The notes: generated by a model not told the origin, from the sequence alone. A stretch of DNA of 64,000 nt from an uncultured Acidimicrobiia bacterium (GCA_964195235.1 CAXMOW010000002.1:3772-67771); one strand, 5' to 3'; numbered from the stretch's first letter, positions 1-11,673 are shown. Program-made: numbers and translations.

Positions 1-13
1 TGAAGGTCGATCC

Positions 14-37
14 AAAAAAGAGGCCGAGCAGGCCTCT
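14..37 (-). terminator. Rho-independent terminator downstream of the 60..953 minus-strand gene (7-bp GC stem AGAGGCC/GGCCTCT, 5-nt loop, then TTTTTT on the minus strand)
   Basis: Read directly: minus-strand RNA ...AGAGGCCUGCUCGGCCUCUUUUUUGG, starting 23 nt after the TGA stop at 60-62. Confidence 0.55.
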
Positions 38-59
38 GCTTCGGAAGCCCTTATCAGCC

Positions 60-953
60 TCACATCAACTCGTCCTTGACGAGCTCTCCGCCTCTCGCCC
101 GAAGGTCGATATACCAAGTCGTGTACATGGCGGCGATTGCAGCGACGATGAAGCCTTGAGCGACGAGCCCGATCAAGGAGGCAATCGAGATGCCGAGCCC
201 GAGATCCCCGACGACCGAGAGAGGGATGGCGACCAACTGGATCAGTTGGATTGCCACTGATCCGAGCAGGCCCACCAGCGCCAGGAATCCGAAGGTCGGC
301 CACCATCGGCCACGCACAAGGTCGAAACTCCGTCTCAGAGACCCGATCACTCCACGTTTTTCGACCACGAGCACCGAACTCCACATCGAGAGGACGACGC
401 CCAGCCAGATGGCGGGTGTCATCAGAGCAACGATGAGGGCCGCCGCGATGAAGACACTCGTTGCGTTTGGGGTGCCAACCAGTGCCAACGGGATCGTCCA
501 TGCGATCAGGCCGGCGACAACCACACCTCCTACGGCAAGCAGGACGATGATCCCGGCAGTTAGCGCGCTTCCGAATCGACGCAAGGCGACATGTCTCGCC
601 TCGGCACCGGTGGTCGAGAATCCGGCTGCGTCGGTGGCGATGACGTGATGAGCAGCCAGATACACGAACACCGAGGCCAGGGTCTGGAGGCCCACCGCAA
701 TCAGTGTGGCCCAGAGAAAAGGCTTTGCCATCTCTATCAAGACGTCAGATGGCAGTGACTCGAGATACCCTGGGTCGTTGAAGACAAGACTGAGGAATTC
801 GTCAGCGTCTGAGAACCTGAAGACAAGCAAGGCTGCGAGACCGGCTGGTATGAATGCCCAGAGTGCAGGTGACATCAGAGCCTTCCAGGTTCGCGCGAGG
901 GCATTCATTGCGTCGCCGAGCACCTGTCCAAACGGGCGTGGGACTATTTGCAT
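60..953 (-). CDS. hypothetical polytopic integral membrane protein
   Basis: 297-aa ORF with about 7 hydrophobic helices. No recognisable catalytic motif. A terminator follows it. Confidence 0.5.
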   Translation of the reverse strand: MQIVPRPFGQVLGDAMNALARTWKALMSPALWAFIPAGLAALLVFRFSDADEFLSLVFNDPGYLESLPSDVLIEMAKPFLWATLIAVGLQTLASVFVYLAAHHVIATDAAGFSTTGAEARHVALRRFGSALTAGIIVLLAVGGVVVAGLIAWTIPLALVGTPNATSVFIAAALIVALMTPAIWLGVVLSMWSSVLVVEKRGVIGSLRRSFDLVRGRWWPTFGFLALVGLLGSVAIQLIQLVAIPLSVVGDLGLGISIASLIGLVAQGFIVAAIAAMYTTWYIDLRARGGELVKDELM

Positions 954-992
954 CGGCTCGGTACCGTAACCGGCCCTTCCCTGGAGACCTGA

Positions 993-1844
993 CTGCCCGA
1001 GTTACCCGAAGTCGAGACAACCCGTAGCCAACTCGAGACTGCCATGGGCGGCCGCACGATCACCGAAGTCAGCGTCAATCACGACCGGACGGTGCGACAC
1101 AACGCTTCGCGGGCAGAAGTCGTCAACCGGCTCTCGGGACGCACCATTCAAGATGTTGGCCGCCATGGCAAATTCCTGATCGTCGGTTTGGATCACGGTT
1201 ACACAATGATCGCCCATCTGGGAATGTCCGGTCGATTCTCGATTACCGAGCCGTCACAGGAGATGACTGCTCATACCCATTTCATCGCCCTTCTTGACGA
1301 CGGCTCGGAGATCAGATTCATCGATCCAAGGACCTTTGGCTTCATCGCCGTGTACGACGAAGACGAACTCAGTTCATCAGGGGTGACTCGCTTGGGGCCA
1401 GATGCGTGGACCGACCCGCCCGAGATACGCGAACTGGTTGCTTCTCTTTCGGGCCGGGTCGCACCGATCAAGGCTCTCCTGCTCGACCAGGGGGCAATTG
1501 CTGGGTTGGGCAACATCTATGTCGACGAGGCACTTCATCTCGCACGTATCCACCCATTGGCCCCTGGTGGAGATCTGACCGACGATCAGGTTGCGGCATT
1601 GTTAGAGGCGGTCCGTATCGTTCTAGGGGCCGCTCTCGACGCAGGTGGGACCACTCTGGACGACCTTGCCTACCTGCTCCCTGACGGTCGGGCGGGTGAG
1701 AATCTTGGAGGTCTCAGGGTTTACGGGCGAGGAGATCAACCTTGCCGAACGTGCGGAACCCCGATAGAGCGGATTGTGGTTCGGGCTCGGTCGACGCACT
1801 TCTGTCCTCATTGCCAACCTCGCGACTGTCAGCCCCGTGCCTGA
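993..1844 (+). CDS. fpg: formamidopyrimidine-DNA glycosylase (Fpg/MutM), initiating at CTG
   Basis: The frame encodes (L/M)PELPEVE..., the canonical Fpg N-terminus with catalytic Pro2. It ends in a C-terminal zinc finger CRTCGTPI...CPHCQ. An in-frame TGA sits at 990-992, CTG at 993 and GGAG at 983-986. The first ATG (1044) would remove the catalytic N-terminus. Confidence 0.8.
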   Translation: MPELPEVETTRSQLETAMGGRTITEVSVNHDRTVRHNASRAEVVNRLSGRTIQDVGRHGKFLIVGLDHGYTMIAHLGMSGRFSITEPSQEMTAHTHFIALLDDGSEIRFIDPRTFGFIAVYDEDELSSSGVTRLGPDAWTDPPEIRELVASLSGRVAPIKALLLDQGAIAGLGNIYVDEALHLARIHPLAPGGDLTDDQVAALLEAVRIVLGAALDAGGTTLDDLAYLLPDGRAGENLGGLRVYGRGDQPCRTCGTPIERIVVRARSTHFCPHCQPRDCQPRA

Positions 1845-2130
1845 CAAGGCCGTCCATGTCCATGTTTCCGGTCGTGTTCAGATGGTCGGCTACCGACAGA
1901 GTTGTCGCAGCGTTGCAAGGTCACTTGGATTGGTTGGCTGGGTTCGCAACTTGAGGGATGGGAGAGTCGAGTTCTTTGCCCAGGGTGATGGCGAAGGTGT
2001 CGATCGGTTGATCGTGTGGGCCTGGGCCGGTCCACCATCAGCAACTGTGACCGGCGTCGAATCGGACATGGTCAGCCACGATCTCACGCTCACCGACTTC
2101 TTCATCCAGCCCAGCCGAGTTTCAGATTGA
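1837..2130 (+). CDS. acyP: acylphosphatase
   Basis: AVHVHVSGRVQMVGYR matches the acylphosphatase signature (VxGxVQGVxFR). Second motif GWVRNLRDGRVEF. GTG start at 1837 is proposed; the TTG at 1774 would overlap fpg by 70 nt. Confidence 0.65.
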   Translation: MPDKAVHVHVSGRVQMVGYRQSCRSVARSLGLVGWVRNLRDGRVEFFAQGDGEGVDRLIVWAWAGPPSATVTGVESDMVSHDLTLTDFFIQPSRVSD

Positions 2131-2238
2131 AACTAGAGACGGCTTGAGCTTTGCTTGGGCCGCAATCACGAGAGATCCCTGTGAGTCTCAATACTTTGTT
2201 AGCCTGATTCACATAATCACAACCGTGTTATTTACCAG

Positions 2239-5200
2239 GTGTCATTTGTGTATCTGAAGTCACTCAAAGTCGCCGGTTTCAAGTCCTTTGCAGACAGAAC
2301 CCGGCTCGAATATCGCCCCGGGGTAACCGTGATCGTCGGTCCCAACGGTTCGGGCAAGTCAAATCTCGTCGACGCGCTGTTGTGGGTGCTCGGAACCCAA
2401 TCGACCAAAACGCTTCGCACCGGAAAGATGGAAGACGTCATATTTGCGGGCACTGCGACCAGACCTTCTTTGAACAAGGCTGAGGTCACCCTGGTCATCG
2501 ACAACGCAGAGCGGATGATCGACCTCGACCTCGATGAAGTGGCGATTACGCGTCGTCTCTATCGGGATGGTTCGAGTGACTACGAGTTGAACGGTATGGG
2601 ATGTCGTCTGCTTGACATCCAAGATCTGCTCTCGGACTCAGGTGTTGGTCCCCATCAGCACGTCATCATTGGCCAAGGCGAGATCGGCAAGGTACTCAAC
2701 GCCTCGGCAGAAGAGCATCGCGCGGTCATCGAAGAGGCTGCCGGGATACTCAAACACCGACGTCGTATGGAGCGGAGCGAGCGTCGTCTGGAGAGAACGG
2801 ACGAAGACTTGGTTCGTCTTCAGGACCTGCTCGGCGAGATCGGGCGACAGATGCGACCGCTACGCCGCCAAGCCAAAGCTGCCGACCGCTACGACAGCCT
2901 CAAGTCCGAGGTGGTTGCTCTCCGGCTTTACCTCAGTGGTGTGGCGCTTGCCGATCATGATCGCAATCTCACCATCTTCACGTCCGAGAAGGCAAAGCTA
3001 TTTGAAGGCAACGAGGTCGACGGGGCCAGAGTCGAAGTGTTGGCGGCAGCACTCTCCAACCTCACCGAGTCAGCTAGCCAAGTGGGCGCTGACCTCGATC
3101 GGGATACGTCATCGGCGGCGCTTCTAGAGACGACTAACGAACGTCTCCGCCGTATTGCCTCGGTATCCCATGAACGGGCCAAGGCGGTGAGCGGGCGGCG
3201 AGAGGCCGTGACCGAGCGGCAAACTGACCTCAAAGATGAACGATCAACTATCAACGATCAGCTGTCGGAGATTGTTGATGATCGTCTCGATGCCGAGAAG
3301 GTCGCCACGACGGCCGAAGACCGGTTCCGTCGTCTCGAAGACGAGGAGCGTGCCGTTGCCGCCCAGAATTCGATGTCACCTGAGGGAGCCCTAGCTGCAG
3401 CACAAGGCGAACTGAGCTCGCTTGAGTCGACACTGATCAGAGATCGAAGGGAAGTGAAGGCTCTTTCTCACAGGCTTGACGTGCTGTCGGCCCAACGTCG
3501 TGACGAAACGGCCGAGGTTGAACGGATCAACAGCGAGATCAAGCGAATCGATGAGGAGCTTTCCGGCTTGCAGAGCTCATACGCCGAGGTCGGTTCCAAA
3601 CGTGAGACAGACCAGACCCTCTGGTCTCATGCTGAAGAGTCGTTGGCCGAGTGCCGACTTGAAGCAGCATCCGCCTCGGCACGGGTAGAGGCGATCAAAG
3701 CTGCCCTTGACGGCCGGTATGACACTGAGGCGCGACAACTGGTCGAAGACGCCACCGGCGCGTTGGGGACGCTGACTTCCAATCTCGATATTCCCGTTGG
3801 GATGGAGTTGGCGGTTGATGCTGCCCTTGGTCGGTGGGTCGACGCCGTTGCATTCCAGACACCGGATTCGGTACGAGACGTGGTCGAATTGGTCAAACGC
3901 CAGGGTGGTGGCTCCGTTCCGGTCGTTTCGGCGATATCGGAGAACTCAGCACCGGCGCGAGAAGTGGCTGCAGCTCTCGGCGTCGAGGCAATCGTTGACC
4001 TCTTGGGCCCGAATGCACACCAGGGTCTGGCCACTCGCCTTCTCGGAGATGTAGTTCTCGTCGAAGGCTGGGCATCGGGTTGGGACTTGATTGTCAAAAA
4101 CCCCACCCTCCGGGCGGTGACGCCAGAGGGCGATCTCATCTCAGTGGATGGTGTGCTGATCGCAAATCCCGATGGCGCCGGCCAGGCCATGTTGGAGAGT
4201 GCAGAAGTGGCTTTGGAACGGGCCAACACAGAGCTTTTCAGGGCAGAATCACATCACAAGGCCGCCCGCCGCGACTTTGACACCAGCCGCCAATCGGAAC
4301 GAATCGCGCTTGAAAGCTTGGAGACCGCCGAGACAGGTCTCGCAGGCCGATCTGAAGCGATGGGTCGTCTCCAGCAGTCGGTCGATTCGATCACCGTCGA
4401 ACACGATCGACTTAGCGAGCGACAGACCGCCTTAACCCAGTCCATCGATGCTGCTGAGACCCAAGTCGAGAAGGTGAGAGGGCGGCTCGAAGCCCTGGAG
4501 GGTGAAGAAGCTACCCGGATGAAGGTTTGGGAGGAACTCGAGGGGCGCCGCCTGCAATTGGCGGCCGATCGAGAAATCGCCCGCTCGGAGTGGCAGGATG
4601 CTGCGGCAAGACACCGTGCAGTCGTCGAGCGCGAACGACTGCTTACTGAGCGTCAGCTCCGCATTTCCGAAGACCTCGGACGTCTTCAGTCTGGTTTCAG
4701 CTCAGGTGCCGATCCACAAAGTCTCACTCGTGTCGAGGAGATTTCACGTCGTGCTGTAAGCATCCTCGAAAGACGAATCGAGGAGATCCGCGACCGCCAA
4801 ACCCGGTTGCGTGGAGAGAACTCCGAGGTGCTCGGTCAACTGGAGACCGCTAGAACCGAGCACGACACCAAACGGTCAGCCATTGTCTCCGCAAGGGAGC
4901 GTGTCGCCGAGATCGACCTGAAACTCATCGAGCTCCGATTGACCCGCGAGGCTGTCATCGAGTCGATCCGTCGTGACGCTGACGCCGAAGCAGAAGCAGC
5001 CATCGGGGCGCCACGTCCTGATGCTCCCTCCGACGCTGATCTTGATGAGCTCATGCAGTCGAAGAGTGCTCAGCTGGCTCGACTCGGTCCGATCAATCCG
5101 TTGGCGGCGAAGGAATATCGAGACCTCGACGAACGTCATACGTTTCTGTCAGAGCAGATGGCGGATGTCGAGTCGTCCCGCAACGACCTAAGAAGGGTTA

Positions 5201-5720
5201 TTTCGGCGCTTGACACCGAGATCGAAGAGCGTTTCCAGGCAGCGTTTGCAGAAGTATCCGATGCATATCAGCGTTACTTCGAGGTTCTGTTCCCTGGTGG
5301 GAGGGGACGGATCAGACTCGAAGATCCCGACGGTCGCTCCTCCGGTGTTGTCATCGATGCACAGCCACTGGGCAAGAAGCTCAGCTCAATGACATTGCTC
5401 TCAGGTGGTGAGAGAAGCTTGCGGCACTTGCATTCCTCTTTGCGGTCTTCAAGGCCCGTCCCAGTCCGTTCTACGTGCTCGATGAGGTGGAGGCCGCCCT
5501 CGACGACGCCAACTTGCGTCGATTTCTCCGCATTGTCGACGAGTTCCGTCAGCGGGCACAACTTCTGATCGTGACACATCAGCAGCAGACGATGGAAGCC
5601 GCTGATGTGCTCTATGGCGTGACGATGGAACCTGGCGGATCTTCCCAAGCGCTCCGCAAGGAGATGACGGCTGGCGCTGCGGCGGGTGCTCCGGGAGTCA
5701 CCGTCGAACAAGTGGCATAA
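2239..5720 (+). CDS. smc: chromosome segregation protein SMC, reading frame broken by a 1-nt deletion at about 5421
   Basis: N-terminal Walker A FKSFADRT...GPNGSGKSN, long coiled coils, and hinge. The signature LSGGERSL continues in the -1 frame as AALAFLFAVFKARPSPFYVLDEVEAALDD (Walker B) and QLLIVTHQ (H-loop) up to 5720. Confidence 0.85.
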
Positions 5721-5730
5721 ATTCATCTGA

Positions 5731-6711
5731 GTGATGGACACACCAACCCTGACCATCCTGATAGTTGTTGCCGTCGTTCTGGCTCTCATCGGGTACTGGG
5801 CGTTGCGGCGGCGACGCCGACCTGTGACCCGGATTGAAGCTTCTGGACGACTTGGCAAGACCGCTGGTGTTCTGGGTGCGGCGTTGCGTGGCGCCTGGGA
5901 TTCGGGTCTCGACGACTCAACTTGGGATGAGATCGAGGAGGGTCTGCTGGCAGCTGACGTTGGGGTAGAAGCGTCGACCCGGGTTGTTCAGGCGCTGCGG
6001 TCATCGAAACCGGAAACAGCAGATGATGCTCGTGAGCTTCTGGCTGTGCTGTTGGTTTCCGAACTCGACGATGCCCCCAGGATGCTCCACCTCGACAGCG
6101 AACTGTCCACTGTTTTGATCGTGGGAGTCAACGGCACGGGAAAGACGACAACAGTTGCCAAACTCTCAGCCCGTCTGAAACGGGATGGAAAGAAAGTTCT
6201 GGTCGGTGCGGCTGACACGTTTAGGGCTGCCGCCGGCGAGCAACTCGAGTTGTGGGCCGAGCGCGTTGGCGTCGATGTGGTGACAGGCCAGGAGGGGGGT
6301 GACCCGGCGGCAGTGGTCTTTGATGCGATTTCCGCTGCCAGGGCCCGTGGAGTCGATGTTGTCCTCATTGATACCGCGGGGCGGCTCCACGCCAAGAAGA
6401 ACCTGATGGGGGAGTTGAAGAAAATTCATAGGGTGGCTGCTGGCGACGGTGAGGTCGACGAGGTTCTCCTGGTATTGGATGCCACCGCCGGTCAAAACGG
6501 CCTTGCTCAAGTCCGTGAATTTGCCGAGGCCGTGCCATTGAGTGGAATCGTCCTCACCAAATTGGATGGCACAGCCAAAGGCGGGATTGTGATCGCTGTG
6601 GAGAATCAACTCGGCGTCCCGGTTAAGTTCATAGGTCTGGGCGAGGGAGTCGATGACATGGAGCCGTTCGACCCGGATAGTTTTGTTGGTGCTTTGTTGG
6701 AGCGATCATGA
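5731..6711 (+). CDS. ftsY: signal recognition particle receptor FtsY
   Basis: N-terminal TM helix and NG domain with GVNGTGKTTT, DTAGR and TKLDGTAKGG. Confidence 0.9.
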   Translation: MMDTPTLTILIVVAVVLALIGYWALRRRRRPVTRIEASGRLGKTAGVLGAALRGAWDSGLDDSTWDEIEEGLLAADVGVEASTRVVQALRSSKPETADDARELLAVLLVSELDDAPRMLHLDSELSTVLIVGVNGTGKTTTVAKLSARLKRDGKKVLVGAADTFRAAAGEQLELWAERVGVDVVTGQEGGDPAAVVFDAISAARARGVDVVLIDTAGRLHAKKNLMGELKKIHRVAAGDGEVDEVLLVLDATAGQNGLAQVREFAEAVPLSGIVLTKLDGTAKGGIVIAVENQLGVPVKFIGLGEGVDDMEPFDPDSFVGALLERS

Positions 6712-7097
6712 CATCCGATGAACTAGTTCAATTAGCCCGAGCAGCTGCCCAGGATTCGTACTCGCCTTACTCTCAATTCCGGGTTGGTGCGGTGGTTGTT
6801 GGTGAAGGTGGCGAAGTGTTCACTGGTGTCAACGTGGAGAATGCGTCATATCCGGTGTCATCTTGTGCCGAGGACACGGCGATCAACACTGCCGTCTCTC
6901 AGGGTGTTCGCAAAATCTCAGTCGTCGCGGTGGCATGCATCGACGCCAAAGATGTCGGCGGCGCCTACCCGTGCGGACGCTGTCGGCAGATCATGTCCGA
7001 GTTTGGCGTGGAGAAGGTGATTGTCACCGCGGGTGATGGATCGGCGGTGCGGGAGCACACACTCGATTATTTGTTGCCGCATCAGTTCGAGCTTTAG
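6708..7097 (+). CDS. cdd: cytidine deaminase
   Basis: 129 aa with zinc ligands C(A)E...PCGRCRQ typical of homotetrameric Cdd. Overlaps the ftsY stop. Confidence 0.8.
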   Translation: MTSDELVQLARAAAQDSYSPYSQFRVGAVVVGEGGEVFTGVNVENASYPVSSCAEDTAINTAVSQGVRKISVVAVACIDAKDVGGAYPCGRCRQIMSEFGVEKVIVTAGDGSAVREHTLDYLLPHQFEL

Positions 7098-7217
7098 ATC
7101 TCCACCGGACCTGACCAATACGGCCGGTTCTCCATACGAACCACAAAGCGAAGTCCGCCCCATGTGTCGTTGATGGCACACACCTGGAGTCCCGCTGTAA
7201 TCGACCGTGAGCCATTG

Positions 7218-7233
7218 TTAACCGTCACGAAAC
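7218..7233 (+). promoter_or_regulatory. candidate GlnR-type box (TTAAC-n6-GAAAC) 27 nt upstream of gltB
   Basis: Matches the actinobacterial GlnR consensus gTnAc-n6-GaAAc. Only one copy and one half-site is imperfect. Confidence 0.25.
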
Positions 7234-7260
7234 AGGGTGCAGCCAGTTCAGCCATAAGAT

Positions 7261-10200
7261 GTGTCCCTCTCTCCAAAGGAGCGTATGCACCGACCCGGGC
7301 TCGGCCCTGATTACGAGCACGATGCCTGTGGCGTCGGGTTCATCGCTGCGCTCGACCTTTCCGCCTCGTATCGGATGACCCGACTTGCCGTGGAATGTCT
7401 TCGACGTCTTGACCACCGGGGCGCTAGAGCCATCGATGGGACCGGTGACGGTGCCGGTCTCCTCACTCAGATTCCGTACAAGCTGATTGGCAAGGAGCTG
7501 AGAGCACATGATCTATCGATCGAGCCCCAGCGCTTGGGGCTTGTCATGTGTTTTCTTCCGCCAGATGAAGCCGCTCAATCTCGGTCCATCGTTAGCGAAT
7601 CGCTGGAGGCCGAAGGTCTCCAGCTGATGTACTGGCGATCAGTGCCCATCGACCCATCGGTGCTCGGTGAGCACGCAGAACTTGTTCTGCCTCTGATCGA
7701 GCAGGCGATAGTCACTGGTGAACTCGAGGAGCATGAGTTCGAAAGGGCGATGTACCTTGCTCGAAAGCGGATGGAGCGCAATGCCAACACCGGGTTCTCT
7801 GTCCCCTCAGCCTCGGGGCGCACGGTTATCTACAAGGGATTGTTCACCGCCAGCCACATCGACGATTTCTATTGGGATCTGCGTGATCCGAACTTTGAGA
7901 CATCGTTCGCAGTGTTTCACCAGCGTTTCTCTACCAACACGTTTCCAAGTTGGGAAAACGTGCAACCGTTTCGGATGCTTGCTCACAACGGCGAGATCAA
8001 CACGATCCAGGCGAACCGGTCCTGGATGCAGGCCAGAGAGAACTCCGCAACACCCGGTGTCTGGGGAGATCGGCTTTCTGACCTCGTCCCCTTTCTTCAG
8101 CCGTCGCTCTCTGATTCGGCCAGTCTCGATAACGCCTTTGAGCTGCTGATACAAAGCGGTAGGTCACTGTCGCATGTGAAAGAAATGCTCATTCCGGCCG
8201 CCTGGGAGAACGTTTCTGACCTCTCACCGGAGCTCGCCGGCTTTTATCGCTATCACGCATTCTTGACGGAGCCATGGGACGGCCCAGCGGCGATTGCAGT
8301 CAGTGACGGCATCTCGCTTCTCGCGGGAATGGACCGCAATGGGCTTCGACCGGCGAGGTGGACGGTGACTCCCGACGTTGTGGTGGTTGCCTCGGAGGCC
8401 GGGGTCTGTCCCGAGGAGGAGGCCAAGGCGATCGAGACCGGCCAACTCGGGCCGGGAGAGTTGCTTCTCTTCGACGGTGAGACTGGAGCAGTCCGTCACT
8501 CTGATGATGTCAAGAATGGTCTGGCAACCCAACGGCCCTATGGGGAATGGGTCAAAACCGAGACTTTGGCGATCCAGGCACCATTTGATCCCCTGAACGA
8601 TGACAGATTCGATGGTGGTGCGCTTGGCAGGGTTTTTGGATATACCGCCGAGGAGCGTCGTCTGATACTGGCGCCGATGGCTGAAGGCGTCAGCCCGACC
8701 GGCTCGATGGGAGATGACACGGGTCTTGCCGTTCTCGACGAGCGGCCTCGAAGACTCACTCGGTTCTTTCACCAGATGTTCGCCCAAGTGACCAATCCTC
8801 CGATGGATCCGATACGTGAGAAGCTGATGATGTCCCAGCGAATCCAGCTTGGCCGCCGGGGTCCGATCCTCGAGGACGATCCAAGCCAGGCTCATCTCAT
8901 CGAACTGGCCAGCCCGATCATGTCCGATGCCGAACTCGAGGCCGTTGTGAGATCGGGTGATTCCCAGTTCTTCTCCCATTGGATTGCGGCAACTTGGGAT
9001 GTAAAGGAGGGTCCGGACGGGATGGAGAAGCGTCTTGACGCGATTTGTGACGAGGCGGCTCAGGCAGTCACCCTTGGCTCGACGATCCTGGTTCTCTCCG
9101 ATCGGGAGACCAGCTCAACGGAGGCTCCGCTCCCGATACTGCTTGCGGTCGGAGCTGTTCATCACCGACTCATCGATGAAGGTGTTCGTGGGAAGGTCTC
9201 GTTGGTCGTCGTTTCGGGTGAGCCACGTGACGCCCACGACGTTGCATGTCTTATTGCCTTTGGTGCTTCTGCAGTGAACCCCTATCTGGCGATCGACCAG
9301 GTGATCGACTTGGCCCGCTCCGGAATGCTGGAAATCGACGCGGTATCGGCACAAGAAAACTACAGGGTGGCGCTCGAGACCGGTCTGGCGAAGATCATGT
9401 CCAAAATGGGCATCTGCACAGTTTCGGCCTATCGAGGTTCTGAGCTGTTTGAGGTCATTGGACTGTCGGAGAGTGTGTGTGCCCGAGCTTTTCGCAACGC
9501 ACCTCGCCGTCTGCGTGGTATCGGAATCGTCGAGATCGCGGCCCAAGCTCTCGTCCGTCACTCAGCTTTTGGCCTGGGAGGCATCGAATCAGGCGGCTTC
9601 TACAAACACCGCAGGGGCGAAGAGGTTCACATAACTGGACCGAAGGCGGTCCTCGATCTTCAGAAATCGGTCCGCTCAGGCGATTACCAAGAATGGCTCA
9701 GCTATCTGGAGACGATTGGGGACCGTCCAGAGGCATTGGTCAGGGATCTGCTCACTTTCGTGCAGCGCGACCCGATTCCGGTCGATGAAGTGGAGCCTAT
9801 CGACGAGATCATGCGACGATTTACCACGGCCGCAATGTCGCTAGGCGCCCTTTCTGGCGAGGCACACGAGTCGTTGGCGGAAGCGATGAACCGTATTGGT
9901 GGCCTTTCCAACTCAGGCGAAGGAGGCGAAGACCCGACCCGTTACGGGACATCGCTCAATTCGGCGATCAAACAGGTGGCGTCCGGAAGATTCGGGGTGA
10001 CACCTGCCTATCTCAACTCGGCCGAGGAACTGCAGATCAAAATGGCGCAGGGATCCAAGCCTGGAGAAGGCGGTCAGCTCCCGGGGCACAAAGTTACGGC
10101 CGAGATCGCCCAACTCCGTCACACCAAACCTGGGGTGACCCTCATTTCGCCGCCACCACACCACGACATCTACTCCATCGAAGACCTGGCGCAGCTGATT

Positions 10201-11673
10201 TACGACCTCAAGTCGTTCAAGCCGGATGTCCGGGTGTCGGTGAAGCTCGTCAGCGAGCCGGGAGTAGGCACGATCGCTGTCGGCGTCGCAAAGGCGGACG
10301 CCGATGTCATCACTGTGTCAGGGGCCGAGGGCGGCACTGGAGCGTCGCCACTGGTGTCGATCAAACACGCCGGTTCACCATGGGAGCTTGGTGTCGCCGA
10401 GACGCATCAGTCCCTGGTTGCAAAGGGGATGAGGTCTCGTGTCGTCCTCGAAACGGACGGGGGCCTTCGAACCGGGCGTGATGTGATCGTTGCAGCGATG
10501 CTCGGGGCTGAACGTTTCGGCTTTGGGACGCTCCCACTGCTGGCATTGGGCTGCAAGATGGTTCGCCGTTGTCACCTCAACACATGTCCGGTTGGCATAA
10601 CCACCCAGGATCTGGATTTGCGGGCCAAGTTCAATGGATCGGTGGATCAGGTAGTGACTCTCTTTAGTCACCTTGCACGCGAGGTCCGTCATCTCTTGGC
10701 CGCTCTCGGCATGAAGTCGATCGACGAAATCGTGGGCAGGGCTGACCTTCTCCGACCTGTCGATCGGACTCATCCTCTGGCGACGGATTTGGCGACGATG
10801 CTTGTGAGGGCGCAAGCTCGCAGAAGACACGAGGGGTACAACGCAGTTCCGCTTGCCGATGTTTCCAGACGGATGGTGGCCGATGCCAGGCAAGCACTCG
10901 AGAGTGGTGTGCCGATCGAGCTCAGCTATCCGATCCGCAACGTGGATCGAGCTGTGGGAGCTCGTCTCTCCGGCGAGATCGCTCGACGATACGGAGACAG
11001 TGGGCTGCCCCCCGGAACTATCGAAGTGCGCTTGTCTGGTACCGCAGGGCAAAGCTTCGGAGCGTGGCTGACTCCGGGCGTCTCACTCTTGTTGGAAGGC
11101 CCGGCCAACGACTATGTAGGCAAAGGGATGGGTGGGGGGCTGATTGCGGTGATCCCCATGCGGGGTGAGTCGGTACCTCAGGGTGCTGGCAATGCAGTGC
11201 TTTACGGTGCGACTGGAGGACGGCTTTTCATCGCGGGTCGGGTAGGCCAGCGGTTCGCAGTTCGCAATTCCGGAGCCTCAGCGGTCATCGAGAGCTGCTC
11301 GGACCACGGCTGTGAGTACATGACAGGCGGCACAGTGGTGGTATTGGGTGAGGTCGGACGGAACTTCGGCGCCGGGATGACCGGTGGCAGAGCGTATGTT
11401 TGGGATCCGGCGACGGGGCTCAAGGGCAGGCTCGCTGAAACTGCTCCAGCAGCGCGGCGATTAGAGGACGACGACATCCCTGAAGTGCGAACCCTGATCG
11501 AAGGTCATGTCGAGTACACAGGGAGTCCGCTGGGCAGGGCAGCGTTGCAAGCGCTGGGAGAAATTTGGGTTGTTGACCCGGAGGGCCCTACCTCGTCTCC
11601 AGAGCCTCGATCAACTTTGGCAGGACCTGATGAACGTCCCCGACAACTCCAAGGTCGGCGACCGAGAAGATAG
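7261..11673 (+). CDS. gltB: glutamate synthase large subunit (Fd/NADPH-GOGAT alpha)
   Basis: 1470 aa. The class-II amidotransferase N-terminal Cys (DACGVGFIA) follows a short propeptide, then FMN/Fe-S and GXGXG C-terminal domains. An alternative ATG start is at 7285. Confidence 0.9.
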   Translation: MSLSPKERMHRPGLGPDYEHDACGVGFIAALDLSASYRMTRLAVECLRRLDHRGARAIDGTGDGAGLLTQIPYKLIGKELRAHDLSIEPQRLGLVMCFLPPDEAAQSRSIVSESLEAEGLQLMYWRSVPIDPSVLGEHAELVLPLIEQAIVTGELEEHEFERAMYLARKRMERNANTGFSVPSASGRTVIYKGLFTASHIDDFYWDLRDPNFETSFAVFHQRFSTNTFPSWENVQPFRMLAHNGEINTIQANRSWMQARENSATPGVWGDRLSDLVPFLQPSLSDSASLDNAFELLIQSGRSLSHVKEMLIPAAWENVSDLSPELAGFYRYHAFLTEPWDGPAAIAVSDGISLLAGMDRNGLRPARWTVTPDVVVVASEAGVCPEEEAKAIETGQLGPGELLLFDGETGAVRHSDDVKNGLATQRPYGEWVKTETLAIQAPFDPLNDDRFDGGALGRVFGYTAEERRLILAPMAEGVSPTGSMGDDTGLAVLDERPRRLTRFFHQMFAQVTNPPMDPIREKLMMSQRIQLGRRGPILEDDPSQAHLIELASPIMSDAELEAVVRSGDSQFFSHWIAATWDVKEGPDGMEKRLDAICDEAAQAVTLGSTILVLSDRETSSTEAPLPILLAVGAVHHRLIDEGVRGKVSLVVVSGEPRDAHDVACLIAFGASAVNPYLAIDQVIDLARSGMLEIDAVSAQENYRVALETGLAKIMSKMGICTVSAYRGSELFEVIGLSESVCARAFRNAPRRLRGIGIVEIAAQALVRHSAFGLGGIESGGFYKHRRGEEVHITGPKAVLDLQKSVRSGDYQEWLSYLETIGDRPEALVRDLLTFVQRDPIPVDEVEPIDEIMRRFTTAAMSLGALSGEAHESLAEAMNRIGGLSNSGEGGEDPTRYGTSLNSAIKQVASGRFGVTPAYLNSAEELQIKMAQGSKPGEGGQLPGHKVTAEIAQLRHTKPGVTLISPPPHHDIYSIEDLAQLIYDLKSFKPDVRVSVKLVSEPGVGTIAVGVAKADADVITVSGAEGGTGASPLVSIKHAGSPWELGVAETHQSLVAKGMRSRVVLETDGGLRTGRDVIVAAMLGAERFGFGTLPLLALGCKMVRRCHLNTCPVGITTQDLDLRAKFNGSVDQVVTLFSHLAREVRHLLAALGMKSIDEIVGRADLLRPVDRTHPLATDLATMLVRAQARRRHEGYNAVPLADVSRRMVADARQALESGVPIELSYPIRNVDRAVGARLSGEIARRYGDSGLPPGTIEVRLSGTAGQSFGAWLTPGVSLLLEGPANDYVGKGMGGGLIAVIPMRGESVPQGAGNAVLYGATGGRLFIAGRVGQRFAVRNSGASAVIESCSDHGCEYMTGGTVVVLGEVGRNFGAGMTGGRAYVWDPATGLKGRLAETAPAARRLEDDDIPEVRTLIEGHVEYTGSPLGRAALQALGEIWVVDPEGPTSSPEPRSTLAGPDERPRQLQGRRPRR

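Noticed and set aside
1044-1844. ATG at 1044 as the fpg start (ORF-track call).
   Set aside because: It would remove the conserved PELPEVE N-terminus including the catalytic Pro2, which is encoded in frame directly upstream after a TGA. CTG 993 with an upstream GGAG is preferred.
3627-4229. 200-aa minus-strand ORF inside smc. Similar long antisense ORFs lie within gltB (8224-8979, 10375-11052), argF' (17079-17903), rseP (56140-56937), and rpsB/tsf (51050-51964).
   Set aside because: These are typical shadow ORFs of high-GC DNA. They are fully embedded antisense to strongly supported genes and have low-complexity Arg/Ser/Pro-rich translations.
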